DNA from: the human T2T-CHM13v2.0 reference genome, Homo sapiens | DNA length: 64,000 nt | Direction: 5' to 3' | Assembly (NCBI GenBank): GCA_009914755.4 | Contig: CP068257.2 | Coordinates: 19,072,001 to 19,136,000, forward strand | Shown: positions 1 to 15,190 of the stretch, piece by piece | Numbering within the stretch: position 1 is the stretch's first letter | How the letters are laid out: each line of letters starts with the position of its first letter | Made by a program: the position numbers and the translations under genes | Notes under the pieces: generated by a model | Seen by the model: the letters and a program-made list of their open reading frames with translations, nothing else | What the model was told of the DNA's origin: nothing | Database searches by the model: none

Positions 1-2860
1 TATTACTATTACTATAATAACAATTTAATTTTGTAAATTTATACATTTTAGTGCTTAGATGCTTTTTGTTATATTTTCTATGTTATATCCTGATTTCTGA
101 AAAAGAATATTACCCAAAATACTAAAAATAGAGAGCTAGAACTGAATTTACACTTTTATAACACATTAATGATACTGGATTTTTGTACTCTTAAATTCAT
201 AATAAATTTTTATTACTACTTCATTTTTAATATGTAATTGATTTTTATATGCATTTTGAAATTGTCTAACTACAAAAACAGGAAAATATAACAGTGGTTA
301 TCTCTTAGTAGTGGAATAATAGGTGACTGTTTTATTGATAGCCTGTAGTTTTAAATTATTTTAAATAACTATTTATCATTTAAGAACATTAAAAAATGAC
401 TTAAAAATCCAAAGCTGGCATCTGGACAGTTTTGAAAAAGATGAAGGCTTTTTCACCAGTCATTATCAAACAATTTATACGAAAATAATGTCTTGACTCA
501 GGGGCTCTGGGAGGAAAGTAACACAGAATATTTAAAAAGTAGGACACACCAGATAACTTAACTTTTTTTTCTTTTTTCCTTAAATCTTAACCGAGAGGAG
601 TCAATCACTTTAACTCCCAGGGTTTTAATTTTCTTATTTAGGTACTCACCAAGTACATTCACTACTTTATCACTTTTTAATATCTGAATAATAAAATTGC
701 GATGTTCTTTTTACTTGAAAGAACTACTCTCTTATTACCCATGATTGCATCTAGGTCTTTGCAAAGTAGCACGTATATAACTATAACTCATTGTTTCCTA
801 TGTACCAGGAAATAGTGTTTCTACTTGTCAAAAGTACCAAGAAGTTTTGCTTTAATTAACCTAATTTTAAGGCTAATTAAGATAGGTGTCATTACAAGAA
901 TTTGCCCAAGGTCACCTACAAGTAAGCAAAAGAATTAAAATTCAGATCTCTCGTTCTTTCTCCAGGGTCACCACCTGCCAGCTCCAGAGAGTATCCTTCA
1001 CCCAGTAGCCTAAAGGACAGGGCACCCCCATTCCATCAAACATGACTGCCCTCTGCTCTGACTATAGAATTGCTGTAAATCCCCTCTCAATATGCCAGGT
1101 TGCCTCCTAATTGCAGACAGGCAAATGTGGTAAATGGTCTTGCCTTAGAGCATACTGCTAAGTGCCCAAGTGAGCATAGACTTATCTGCTCCTCCTGTGA
1201 ATTCATCAATAAACAGACAGCAGCATTATTGTTGCTATGAGAGAGGAAGCTACTGATTTAAGGTTGAATTTGCCATTACTCTCTTTCTGACTGACTCAGA
1301 AAAATAATATAAAAATAAGAAAGCTGTTTTGTTTGTGAATTCATTTTTGCACAATTTTCTTTTAGGAAAGCCACAATCAATAAAAGTTCTAACATTCGTA
1401 TTTCCAGCTACTAACAGGTAGTAAGGTTGCTTAATCTCTGCTGACTGTGCTGTGTGAGAGGCTACGTTCCCTGAGTTCAAACTATCCTGGCAATTTAGCA
1501 TAATGCTGAGGCTACAGGTCTAGACCCCAGGGAAATTTGCTTTTACTTTGATAAACTGAGATTTCTCAATACTCCTGTAACAGCTGAGTTACTTCCCTCG
1601 TTCTAGAGAGAAAGCGCCCTTCTTTAATTTCTTCAGGGGATTTTCCCATTGGGTTAAATGAGAGCCTACTATCTCCTTCAGATAACACCATGTAACTGGC
1701 AGTGGGGGAAGTGGGGCCAGAGAAGAAAAGTAAATGGCATTTTTGGCATCAAATAGAGCCTCCAGTAAAAATACTAACCACTTTTTGCTGAAGTGTTTAC
1801 AGAAAAAGACCATTGTTTCAGGAAATTACTTGTGTTGAAAAATGAAAAAAATCTGTATATAGCAGCTTAATACTGCTCTTACTGTTTACTGAACTAATGT
1901 ATTTTTGTCCCAGAATTTTACTTCTAAAGAATATACTCTAAATATTGCCATCTTTTCTATTCTGACTGCATTGTACATAATGAAATCACATTGGACTAAG
2001 AATTAGTAACATTAACAAATTCTAAGATGTTTCAGTACCTCTTATTGATCCTTTTTATATTAAAAGTGATTTTTTTTCATTACAGGGGATTGTAGAAATT
2101 ATATAAACAGTCATATCAGTAAAATGAGTTTAAAATATTATTTGAAAAAACTACAACTTTCCTCACAACTGGTTACCTCCACTGAAGAGAATTTATTCAT
2201 ATTTTCTGTGGCAATGTGTTCTCTAGGCTCCCAACAGGATAAAGAATCTAGAACAAAAATATTTTTTAAAGTGGCAGAAAGATATACCCACTTTGAGCAT
2301 TCATCACAATGTTACATTCCATGGGAAAAAAACAAAAGGGATTATACTAAATTTTAACGCACCTGATACCAAGCAACTTCAACCATGCTAAACAAATGTA
2401 GGTAGGGGATGGGGCTGTCTGGTATTGGCAAAGACAAGTGAGCAAAGTATCTCACTTTACAGAAACCATTATTAACCGGTATTGGTGTCTTCCTAACTTA
2501 GATGACTCTTTCTCTAATGTGTGTTTGTCACATGACTTTCCTTACCCAGTGGGTTATCCTAAACTTCAGTACAATGCACTGTCCAGCTCATCTCAATATT
2601 TCCAACAACAAAAGTTAAAAATGTAAGACCGTGATTTTTTCTGTTGTTCTCTATTTCACAAGTAGTCTACTTGGAAAGGGTCAAAACATATTTGGATGAG
2701 TTTCCTTCTAATCCGTCCACTTAGCTCAATAAAGTGCTCTGCATTTTTGCCAGATCGAACCTTGGAAACAAAAATGGCTCTTACCAAAGTCTAAAATGGA
2801 GATTTTAACTAACATCAAGGGTTGCTCCAAGCAGACTCTCATATTTAGATGTATCCAGGA

Positions 2861-3165
2861 GGCCGGGTGTGGTGGCTCACACCTGTAATCCCAGCAATTC
2901 CAGCACTTTGGGAGGCCGAGGCAGGTGAATCATCTGAGGTCAGGAGTTCAAGACCAACCTGATCAACATGGTGAAACCCCGTCTCTACTAAAAACACAAA
3001 AATTAGCTGGGCTTGGTGGTGGGAGGCCTGTAATCCAAACTACTCAGGAGACTGAAGCAGGAGATTTGCTTGAACTCTGGAAACGGAGGTTGTAGTGAGC
3101 CAAGATCACGCCATTGCACCCCAGCCTGGGCAACAAGAACAAGACTCTGTCTCAATAAAAAAAAT
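2861..3165 (+). mobile_element. Alu SINE (AluS-like), full length, with A-rich linker and poly-A tail
   Basis: Starts with GGCCGGGTGTGGTGGCTCACACCTGTAATCCCAGCA and ends with CTCTGTCTCAATAAAAAAAA. It is flanked by a 15-bp direct repeat TAGATGTATCCAGGA at 2846-2860 and 3173-3187, which is a target-site duplication. Confidence 0.9.
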
Positions 3166-4419
3166 GATGAAATAGATGTATCCAGGAAAAATTCAGGCCT
3201 TTTTTGTGCTCCCCAAATCCCAATAGTTTAAGTTGACTTCTGAAATCTCTTACACTGCTCTACTCTTGTCCCATAGCCCTATTAAACTATTGCTAAAGAA
3301 AAAAAAATCAATGACATCTAAAGCATGGTTAGACTAACTTTTTTCAAGACCATCACAATAGATACAGGGACTATGGCAATGGGGTCTTGCAGTGGGGAGT
3401 GAGATTGGGCTTCACTCCAAATATAGGAAGGGAAAATAAAAATTTATGGACAAGGAGAAGGGTGGGGTCAGTGGATGGAAAATTACTAAGAAATGTCAGG
3501 GTTAAGGGGATTCTGTTTCAGCTGACCTAACAGGATTCTTGCTGAAGACAGGCCCAACATGATTAGACATCACCTCAGGGAAGGTGGAAGATGAGGAGCC
3601 CAACTAGATATCGAGCGTGATTTGATATTAAGTGTGCAGGGATCTTGCTAAACTGACTTAGCAGGATTCTTGCTAAAAGTGAATTTTAGAAGAAAGCAAA
3701 CTTAGGTGAATACTCAGAGCTTGACTAAAGTTTGGTAAAGGAAGAACTTATGTCACTGTACAAGTCAGTGAGTATCCAGCTTCTTCCTACCTGGTAGGCA
3801 CTTCTAAATTTCACTATAAACATGTGCGACTTGAAGTTACAGAAAGGATAGAGGTGCAGCAATAGCTACCACTGTTTTCAAAGAAATAGTACCCTCTGTC
3901 CCAAACCTCATTTTTGGTTGTATATACTGGCTAAAAGTGGTTGGTGGATGAGAGTCAGAGAACCTGCTTTTAGCCACTGTTCAGCAAGTCCTGCTATTGA
4001 TGCTTAAAGAAACTCTCTTGAGAATGTCATTGATTGTCCCTAGCTTTGGAACTTCAGCCAATATTCTGAGTTATTATGAAAAATTTGTCATTTTTTTTTA
4101 CTTGGGAGAAAGACTGAAGCTATTCAAAAATGAACTGGTTCTTAAAAATATATTAGGAAGTTTGAAAACGCACCTAAGCAGAAGGCTTTACGCCTCACAT
4201 TTCAGAGCGAAAAAAATCAGAGTGTTTAGGCACAATCTCTTCCCTCAAAGACAAGACAGTTTAAAACTAACAGGAGTGCTAATAGCAGGAATGAAGGAGA
4301 CACAGAAAGTCAAAAGAAGCAAAGCAATCTTTTCATTGATCTATGTATAAAATCGTGATTGAATCCCTAAAGTAAGAAACATGATTGACATGGGTATAGA
4401 GCTTACTGGTAAAATGCAA

Positions 4420-4700
4420 TTCATACCCTTCATATATATATATATATATATATACACCCTTCATATATATATATATACCTTCATATATATATATATACCC
4501 TTCATATATATATATCATCATATATATATACCTTCATATATATATATCTTCATATATACATATACATTCATATATATATGTATGTACACACACACATATA
4601 TATATGAAGGGTATGAATATATATATATATGAAGGGTATGAATGTGTGTGTGTGCATATATATATATATATATATATGCACACACACACAATATTTTTGC
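4420..4700. repeat. Compound AT-rich microsatellite with palindromic arrangement, flanked by (TG)n/(CA)n
   Basis: The left part is six tandem units of (C)CCTTC followed by (AT)n. The right part at about 4596-4644 carries ATATATATGAAGGGTATGAAT twice, which is the exact reverse complement of ATTCATACCCTTCATATATAT at 4421-4441. A TG run at 4643-4656 and a CA run at 4679-4690 flank it. Confidence 0.85.
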
Positions 4701-5267
4701 ATCAGATTCCACCTCAGAGACAAGAGTCTACAATTGTTCACATCTGTAAAAAAGCTGCAAATTCAGTCATAAGGCAAAATTGAAAAAGTAAAACCCGCTT
4801 AATAGTGAAGTGAGGTTGGGGGTAGAGAAGAAAGAGAAGTCAGTTGAAACTGAGATATAAGAACATGTGTATAAAGTCAGAACTAAGAACACAGGGAGAA
4901 AAAAACAAAAGTTAGAATTTTCTTAACTGATGAGACAGTTATCATATCTCGAAGATAATTTAACACAACGGTTCTTTAGATTTGGATTTTTCACTTTGGT
5001 AACATTAAGCACTATTCACTGCCTGCCAAAGAAAGAAAAGCAAGTTGACTATTCCTTCAGAAAAAAAAGTGTCTACTAAAAAGAATGAAAATAATACTAA
5101 AATGCATACTGTGCCCAGATAAATAAGAAGACTTATCAAAGGAGTATTTTGAAGAAAGTTATTTTGGGTCCTGGGATTTATTTTAAAAATCTAAGCCTTT
5201 CAACAAACTGCTTTCCTAAAATTCAGATTTTTTTTTAATGTGATACAGGTTAGAAATTTTAGAAAAT

Positions 5268-5287
5268 CTTTCTCTCTCTCTCTCTCC
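5268..5287. repeat. (CT)n microsatellite
   Basis: A run of ctttctctctctctctctcc. Confidence 0.8.
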
Positions 5288-7554
5288 ATCCACATTTGTT
5301 CCAAAATGTTGTCCATATTTATCTCTACATCTGGGTCTCTGGAAATTCTGAACTCTATGTTACCGGAATGAGGTATTTAGAACAGCTGAAAAGATAAAAA
5401 TTAACACATTTTATATAATAACATGAAAGGATAGTCCCTTCATTCATGAATTCATGTATTGAGAGTCGATTGTAAGCTGGATATATGTGAGATACTGAGA
5501 ATTCAGTGGTAAATAAAACCAGACTTTTTTCCATCCCCATGGAAACCAGGATTTAGTAAATAAAACAATATTCAGATAATCACACAGAAAAAAATACAAA
5601 ATTACAAACTATAGTATCACTAGAAAAGAGAGATGAATTATGCCAGTAGAGTCTTAATAGTAGGATTTGACTTGGTCATAGGCGTCATGGAAGACATCAC
5701 AGAAGAAGCAACTGAGCTAAGAAATAAAGAAAGAATAAATATGAACTAGAGGGAAAGCTGTTCTAGTGTAAGATGTGCTGGGGTAAAGGTCCTGTCTCAG
5801 AAGACACATAGAGTGTTTGAGGAACTGAACGCCAACAGGAAGGTGGGAAATATTTGACTGAGGTTGATGACATCATTAGATGCTTGTTTCAAAATGAACA
5901 ATCTGTTTTGTGATGTGTGGACAATTGATTTTATTGGGATAATACTAGATGGAAAGTTATTGTTTAGGAAGGTATTGCAATATACCAGGTGAAGAAGATG
6001 TTAATAGCAGAGAAAGAAAGATAACTGGAGATACAATTCTGATGTAAAATTGACAGAACTTAATAAAGAGTTTACTATTGAGAAATCTGAGAAAGGAAAA
6101 TGTCAAAGAAATCATCTAGCATTCCAGCTTGTTTTTTTAAAAAAATTGACAATGTTACATTAAAGTAAGTTCATATTGTGAATAAAAGGGACAATCATAA
6201 TTTCAATTGAAAACATGTTGAATTTGAGCTACTTTTGCTCAAACCAAGCAAGGATTTCATACATAATTGACCTGCAGATTACAAAATGAGAGTAGAGATC
6301 AGGTGCGGTGATTCTTTTTAAAAAAGGGTCTCATGGATATAGGCAAGAGTTTAATTTCTCAGTATTAATACTATAACTTAATCAATAAAAACTATGGAAG
6401 ATTTAGATTTTTGAGAAGGACTACGAAAAACATTTTTTGTTTACGCTCTATTTCCCTAAACAGAAACAGAATCTACTTTCTACCACAATCCCCCCGGTTC
6501 AATGGCAAAAAAATGTGATAGAGCCAAATGAAATGGAATGGAATGGACTGAGAGAAATAAAGAAAGAAGCAATTCCTATTGCAAAAACTGAGTAGAAAGG
6601 TTTGAGATAATGAAGAAAAAGGAAAGAGATCATAGATAAGGGACTTCTTTATATCTATATTGGGTTGCATGTAGATATGGATGGATAGGATTTTAAAAAT
6701 AGAATGATTTCTGTACTTTAAGTCAGAGCAAGAAAGGAGGATAGTTTGATCATCCAATGAGATCTATAGACTATACTTTGCTTTCTTCTAAACTTTAAGG
6801 ATCAATCTTTAGGGCAAGAATCTATAGGAAAATTGATCTGATATGTGGTATGTAAATTTAAACTTGAACTCAAGCATACTATAGATCTGAGTTTGATTCA
6901 AAGCTCATTATAGAATTAAGTCAGTTAGCAGGCCAGGACATCAACAAAACTGTTACTTATATAATGTCAAAGCAGAAAAGGCCAAAGTAATACTGGTCCC
7001 CGGAGTAACTGTCTTTGGAGACAGATATCAATGGAGGACAGTGATTGCAACTATAGAGCTTTGTTGATTGGTGGGCCATATTCCGAAGATATCATTGAAC
7101 AAAAGTGAATCTTTTGCTTTGTCATGTGATTTTATCAAATAAAGCCCTGGAGGAGACACCCAGGGCAAGGCAGCTAATAGACAATGGTTCACATGCATGT
7201 ATTGTCCAGAACATAACTATTAAAAAGAATACAGTTGCCTCTGCAGAAGGAAGGAAGATTCTGAGCAATATTGTGAAGTTGTGGGAAGGACTCAGAGCAA
7301 CAGATATGGCACAGGAAGTGCCAGGTTTCTGGACTGATATCCTGGAACAAAAGATTGATCAAGTGAAGCAGCTTCACATGGGTCTCCAATATTGACTCCC
7401 AGTTTAGTTGTGATTCACTAGGGGAACCCACAGGGCTCAGCATGTAGTCACACTCATGGCAATAATTTATTACAGCAAAAGAATGAAGCAAAATTAGCAA
7501 AGGGAAGATGTGCACAGAGCCTATTATTGGCCAAATATTTGTACTTCCCCAAAA

Positions 7555-7965
7555 TTTGTGTTTTAAAGTTGTAACCCTCAATGGGATGGTATTTGGAAAT
7601 GGGTCTTCTGAGAGGTAATCAGGATTTGATGAGGTTGTGAGGATGGGGCCCTGGTCTGATGGGATTAGTGCCCTTAAAATAAGAAATACCAAAGGGTGCT
7701 TTCTTGCTCTCTCTCTCTCTTTCTCTCTCTCTCTTTCTCTCTCTCGCTCTCACTCTTTCTCCTTCTATCTCTGCCACATGAGGATATATCGATAAGGTGG
7801 CCATCTTCAAGCCAGAAAGAGGGCCCTCACTAGAACCTGACTATGCTAGCACCCTAATCTCAGACTTCCAATCTCTAATACTGTGAGAAAATAAATTTCT
7901 GTTGTTTAAGTCACCCATTTTATGATATTCTCTTATGGTAGCCCAAGCTGACTAATACAAGGATT
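7555..7965 (-). mobile_element. MaLR LTR, MLT1-like, solitary, interrupted by a (CT)n microsatellite at 7706-7770
   Basis: Contains ...GGGATTAGTGCCCTTAAAATAAGAAA...CTCTGCCACATGAGGATA...GGCCATCTTCAAGCCAGAAAGAGGGCCCTCACTAGAACCTGACTATGCTAGCACCCTAATCTCAGACTTCCAATCTCTAATACTGTGAGAAAATAAATTTCTGTTGTTTAAGTCACCCATTTTATGATATTCTCTTATGGTAGCCCAAGCTGACTAATACAA. This matches the recalled MLT1/MaLR LTR consensus of the form '...cctccagaactgtgagaaataaatttctgttgtttaagccacccagtctatggtattttgttatagcagcccaaac.gactaa'. Orientation is given relative to the consensus as I recall it. Confidence 0.55.
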
Positions 7966-9000
7966 TTCCAGAGTAAGCCAGGTGCAAGCTTCCAAGAGTC
8001 CTCCCTTAATTGAGTCACACAGTATGTGCTTAATTCCTCCAGCAATAAGCTATGACAACACATGTAAAACATTGTCTACCAGAAAAAACTCATTAGAGAC
8101 TCAGTGCCCAGGGTTTTAATTGAGGGATGCTCATGGAAGCACCCTCTACCCAGTATGTTCCAAAATTTCAGACTCCTAGTAGGAAAGCAGGTGTTCAGCT
8201 GTTGTTTGTACAAACAGATTAGGCAGAGTAAGCCATTCTTATTAGTTCTGCGAACGGTGGAAAGCCTCCCTAAATCCCATATGCCAGCTAAGGGCCTCTC
8301 TTTCTAGCAGGCATTTCCAAAGATAGCAGTTTCAAGCCTGTTATGTTAACTCTTTTCTCCATATAGCCCAATCTAGACCCTGCCAGGTACAGAAATCCAA
8401 GGAATTTTTAAGGGAAGCAAAGTGAGTGTTGAAAGATGAAGCATTTGAATGGTGCATTGAAGATAAAGAAGAAAAAAAATGACAGCATAAAATCTATAAA
8501 AGCTTGAGAAACACAGCTTTTTGTAAGCTTCAGTGGCCTTGCTTTGAGGTGGTACCTGGGGTGAAAGCCAAGACTGCAGTGTTACCTGTACTTGACTGGT
8601 TACTGGCATTAGATGAAGAGTTCGACAGCATAGAAATTGCCAAGGAAACATACGTGTATTGTGAGGCCATCTGGCATAAGAAGTTGAAAAGAATTTCAGC
8701 TTTGTAATAATATGAAAATATTGTTTGCAAAAGGCAGTGAAAAGGAAGTCTGGGAAATATGGCTCAGAAAGTCAAGCAATGATCACAAATATGTAGGTGG
8801 AGCTTACTTCATTTAAAACTTGATTGTTTTCGCCTCATCCCCAGGCTTTCAAGGAACCTGAGAGCTTCTCTCCAAGATCTCCTTTATTGTTACAATTAAT
8901 TGGGGTGAAATATTGCAGGAGAAAGCCATAACACACAAACACATCCCAGTCTTGGGATGACAGTATTTTCACTAACTAATAGATACTTTAAGAAAGTACA

Positions 9001-9313
<313 letters not shown>

Positions 9314-10466
9314 TTATACTGGAGACAGGGAACCACAGCCTCAGGGATACTTTATGATGGAGACTGTGGATGGAGACTGAGGACATTGGAGAAATTGTCT
9401 AGCATGGGATTCTCTGAATTCAGGCACATTCCAAACAAGGAAAATGATGCTGAATTTGTTATTTTTAGAATTATTCAAATTGATGGAAGACAAAAATTCA
9501 AAGGCTATCCCCGGTAATGTTCAAGGATATGCCTAAACAAGTTATGTAACAGAAATTTAAAAAGCAGAGAATTTTCAATACAGAACAGAGCAGTGAAGTT
9601 TTCAAGTGCATTTTCTTCTGTAATCATTCAAAACCGTAAACAATTGGAAGCATCAGTTTCATACTTCATCTCTTCCAATTCAGGAGAGAGAGTGCCCTAA
9701 TACCCACGCAGAAGTATATAACAAATTTAGGAACTATTTTTCAATTGGTTTATGTTAAGTGTCAGCTTTGGCAGCATAACAATGACTTATATCTATGTGT
9801 AAATTCATATGAATAGAGAAATCACGTATACATATTTGTGTATACACATGCACACATATATATATATATATATTTTAAAAATTATTAATACATTGGGTCA
9901 GAGAATGAAAAGTTTTGATACAGAAACTGATAGTAATAAGTAGATATAAACTACCAGGCTGCTACTGTGCTGAAAGGTCAATTTTTATGTCATTATGGAC
10001 TCATTCATTTATATATTAAAAAAATGAAGCCAAAAAGCATAACTAGAACCAGAGTCACGGTTGGAGCTTTCAATTGTTTTCAATTGCTTGTTCAACTGCA
10101 TATAATCAGTCAACTAGGCAGTTGGCTTGTAGGGAATCTCCTAGGCTTTAGGACACTTATGATAACAGCTATGGTCTGATTGGCACTTGCCCTACCCTAC
10201 AAAGATTGCACTTGAAAGTCAAACTTTGAGATAATGGAGGTGGAAGCAACCGGCACTACTCAGTATAAATGTGTGTTTCATACAACCACTACTTCAGGAA
10301 TGGTGAATCCCTTCTATAACCTGCTATTGAAGGTATAATGATCAAGAGTATGAGGCACAGTCAATGTGCCTAAGTCGAACAAAAGAAAGAACAATTGAAT
10401 TATGTGAATGGAGGAAGTAGAATTTCAGAGAAGCACAGGAACATCTTCTCACAAATACAGACACAA

Positions 10467-10515
10467 ATATATATATATATATATATAAATACACACACAC
10501 ACACACACACACACC
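10467..10515. repeat. (AT)n-(CA)n compound microsatellite
   Basis: atatatatatatatatata followed by acacacacacacacacacacacacac. Confidence 0.85.
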
Positions 10516-11224
10516 CCTACACATACATATAGCCCAAAACATCAACAAATAAAAATACACAAGTATTTATACCATTAGTCAAATTTGCATTGGAACTGGT
10601 TTACAAAACTAAATTGAAGTAGAAAAATATATTACATGCTCAGAGAAAAATTGAGAAGTACCTGGGATTTATCTTTGGTTCTTTGTGGATTTTACATATA
10701 ATGCTTGAATAAAAACTCTTCTTTCTTTTTCTCCCTAACATAATGTAGAAAAGGGATAAAAATGAAAATGATAGTTTTCTAAAAATACATTCTTTAGAAT
10801 CATAATGTCTTTGGGCTAGTTAATAGGCATTATGCAAGCATACAAAAATTGCTATGTTTAAATATGTGAAAAACGTTAGATCAAACAATTACACAGATTT
10901 TCTTGGTGCAGACATGGAAAGAGCTATAATATAACATTGTATATACAATCAGCAAAGAATAATGAAGTTTTATTTTCCAAAATGAAATCTGATGTAGGGA
11001 ACACTAATAAGCTACAAAAGACATTTGGAAAAATGTTAATCTCAGAAGGTTTTCTCAGGTCTTTTCATACACAGAATGTTATTTTTAGGGCACGTGGTAT
11101 AAAAATATGTGTTTAGTCATTGTGGTCAACTTCTGACACAGAGTTCCAAAAGCCCTTGGAATTCCGTGAGTGATAGGAAGGTCTTTTGTTATTCATAAAG
11201 AACCCTTTTAGACACACCTGAGTT

Positions 11225-11830
11225 TCTACTTGAGTTTATACCTTGTTGAGGTCCCTAGATAGCTTCAGGATGAGGACTGGTCACCAGAAAGACCAATCAC
11301 ATGATTAGAGAACTGGAAATTTCAGCCCTACCCCCTGACTTCTGGAGAGAAGGAGGGGGCTGGAGACTGGGTTATAAAAACTCCTGAACAACAAGATGTG
11401 GGGAGCCTCCAGGCTGGTGAACACATTTATGTGCTGAGAAGGTAGAGAGTACGGAAAGGGTATGGCAACTGTGCCACCGTCTGCCTCCTATACATTGTTT
11501 TATGTCTTCCATTTGTCTGTTTCTGAATTAATCCTTTATAAAAACCTGATAATTTCAAGGAGAGCACTTTCCTGAGTTCTGTGAATCATTCTAGAAAATT
11601 GTGGGACCTGTGGAGTAGGTCCTACGGCTGACTTCTCAATTTTTCTCTGAGCACGTAGGAAGCCCTGAACTTGTGATTGGCTGGACTGGACGAAACCATG
11701 AGGAGGCTGAGAAGCCCATTTGCAGCTGCCAGCTGAAGTGGGGGTGGCTTCGAGAGACTGAGTCCTTGACCTGTGAGTCTGCACTAGGTCCAGGACTTAG
11801 AGTCAAACTCGAGTTGCTAGACACTCAGTT
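11225..11830 (+). mobile_element. Ancient ERVL-type LTR fragment (MLT2/MER-like)
   Basis: Motifs typical of ERVL LTRs are present: ...GGGGGCTGGAGACTGGGTTATAAAAACTCCTGAACAACAAG..., GGTGAACACATTTATGTGCTGAGAAGG, and ...CATTTGTCTGTTTCTGAATTAATCCTTTATAAAAACCTGATAA. These resemble the recalled '...ctgtttctgagttatatcctttataataaac' LTR end. Family assignment is uncertain. Confidence 0.35.
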
Positions 11831-12089
11831 GATGTTGAATAATTAGAGCATTGGTTGTTGGTGTGGGAAAATGCCATACATTTTGTGTCATAGAAAAAAA
11901 GTACCGCCCAGGCGGAGGGAAGCAAAATAGAAGCTGATGCTGCCCAAGGTGATCACTCCCAGCCACCAGTTCTCAGCCAGTCCTCACTGCCTTTAGAACT
12001 GGGAATGGTGACTCTTAACCCTGGCAGCACGGAAGCACCATTTCTCCAGGCCCCATTTCAGAAAATGTTACTTTTAATTCTAAATGTGA

Positions 12090-15190
<3,101 letters not shown>

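Noticed and set aside
1-2850. Anonymous AT-rich sequence at the start of the window, scanned for genes, RNAs or repeats
   Set aside because: It contains only very short ORFs (83 aa at most), no recognisable repeat consensus, no tRNA-like cloverleaf candidates and no CpG cluster. It is left unannotated.
4333-4712. Four overlapping ORFs on both strands encoding IYIYIY/HTHTH-type peptides
   Set aside because: These are translations of the (TA)n/(CA)n compound microsatellite and have no coding potential.
7189-7692. Longest ORF in the window (167 aa, minus strand), considered as a possible coding gene
   Set aside because: It lies across an MLT1-type LTR and runs into a (CT)n microsatellite. The peptide has no recognisable domain or compositional signal of a real protein. 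The reciprocal strand carries an overlapping 96-aa ORF. In AT-rich human DNA, ORFs of this size are expected by chance.
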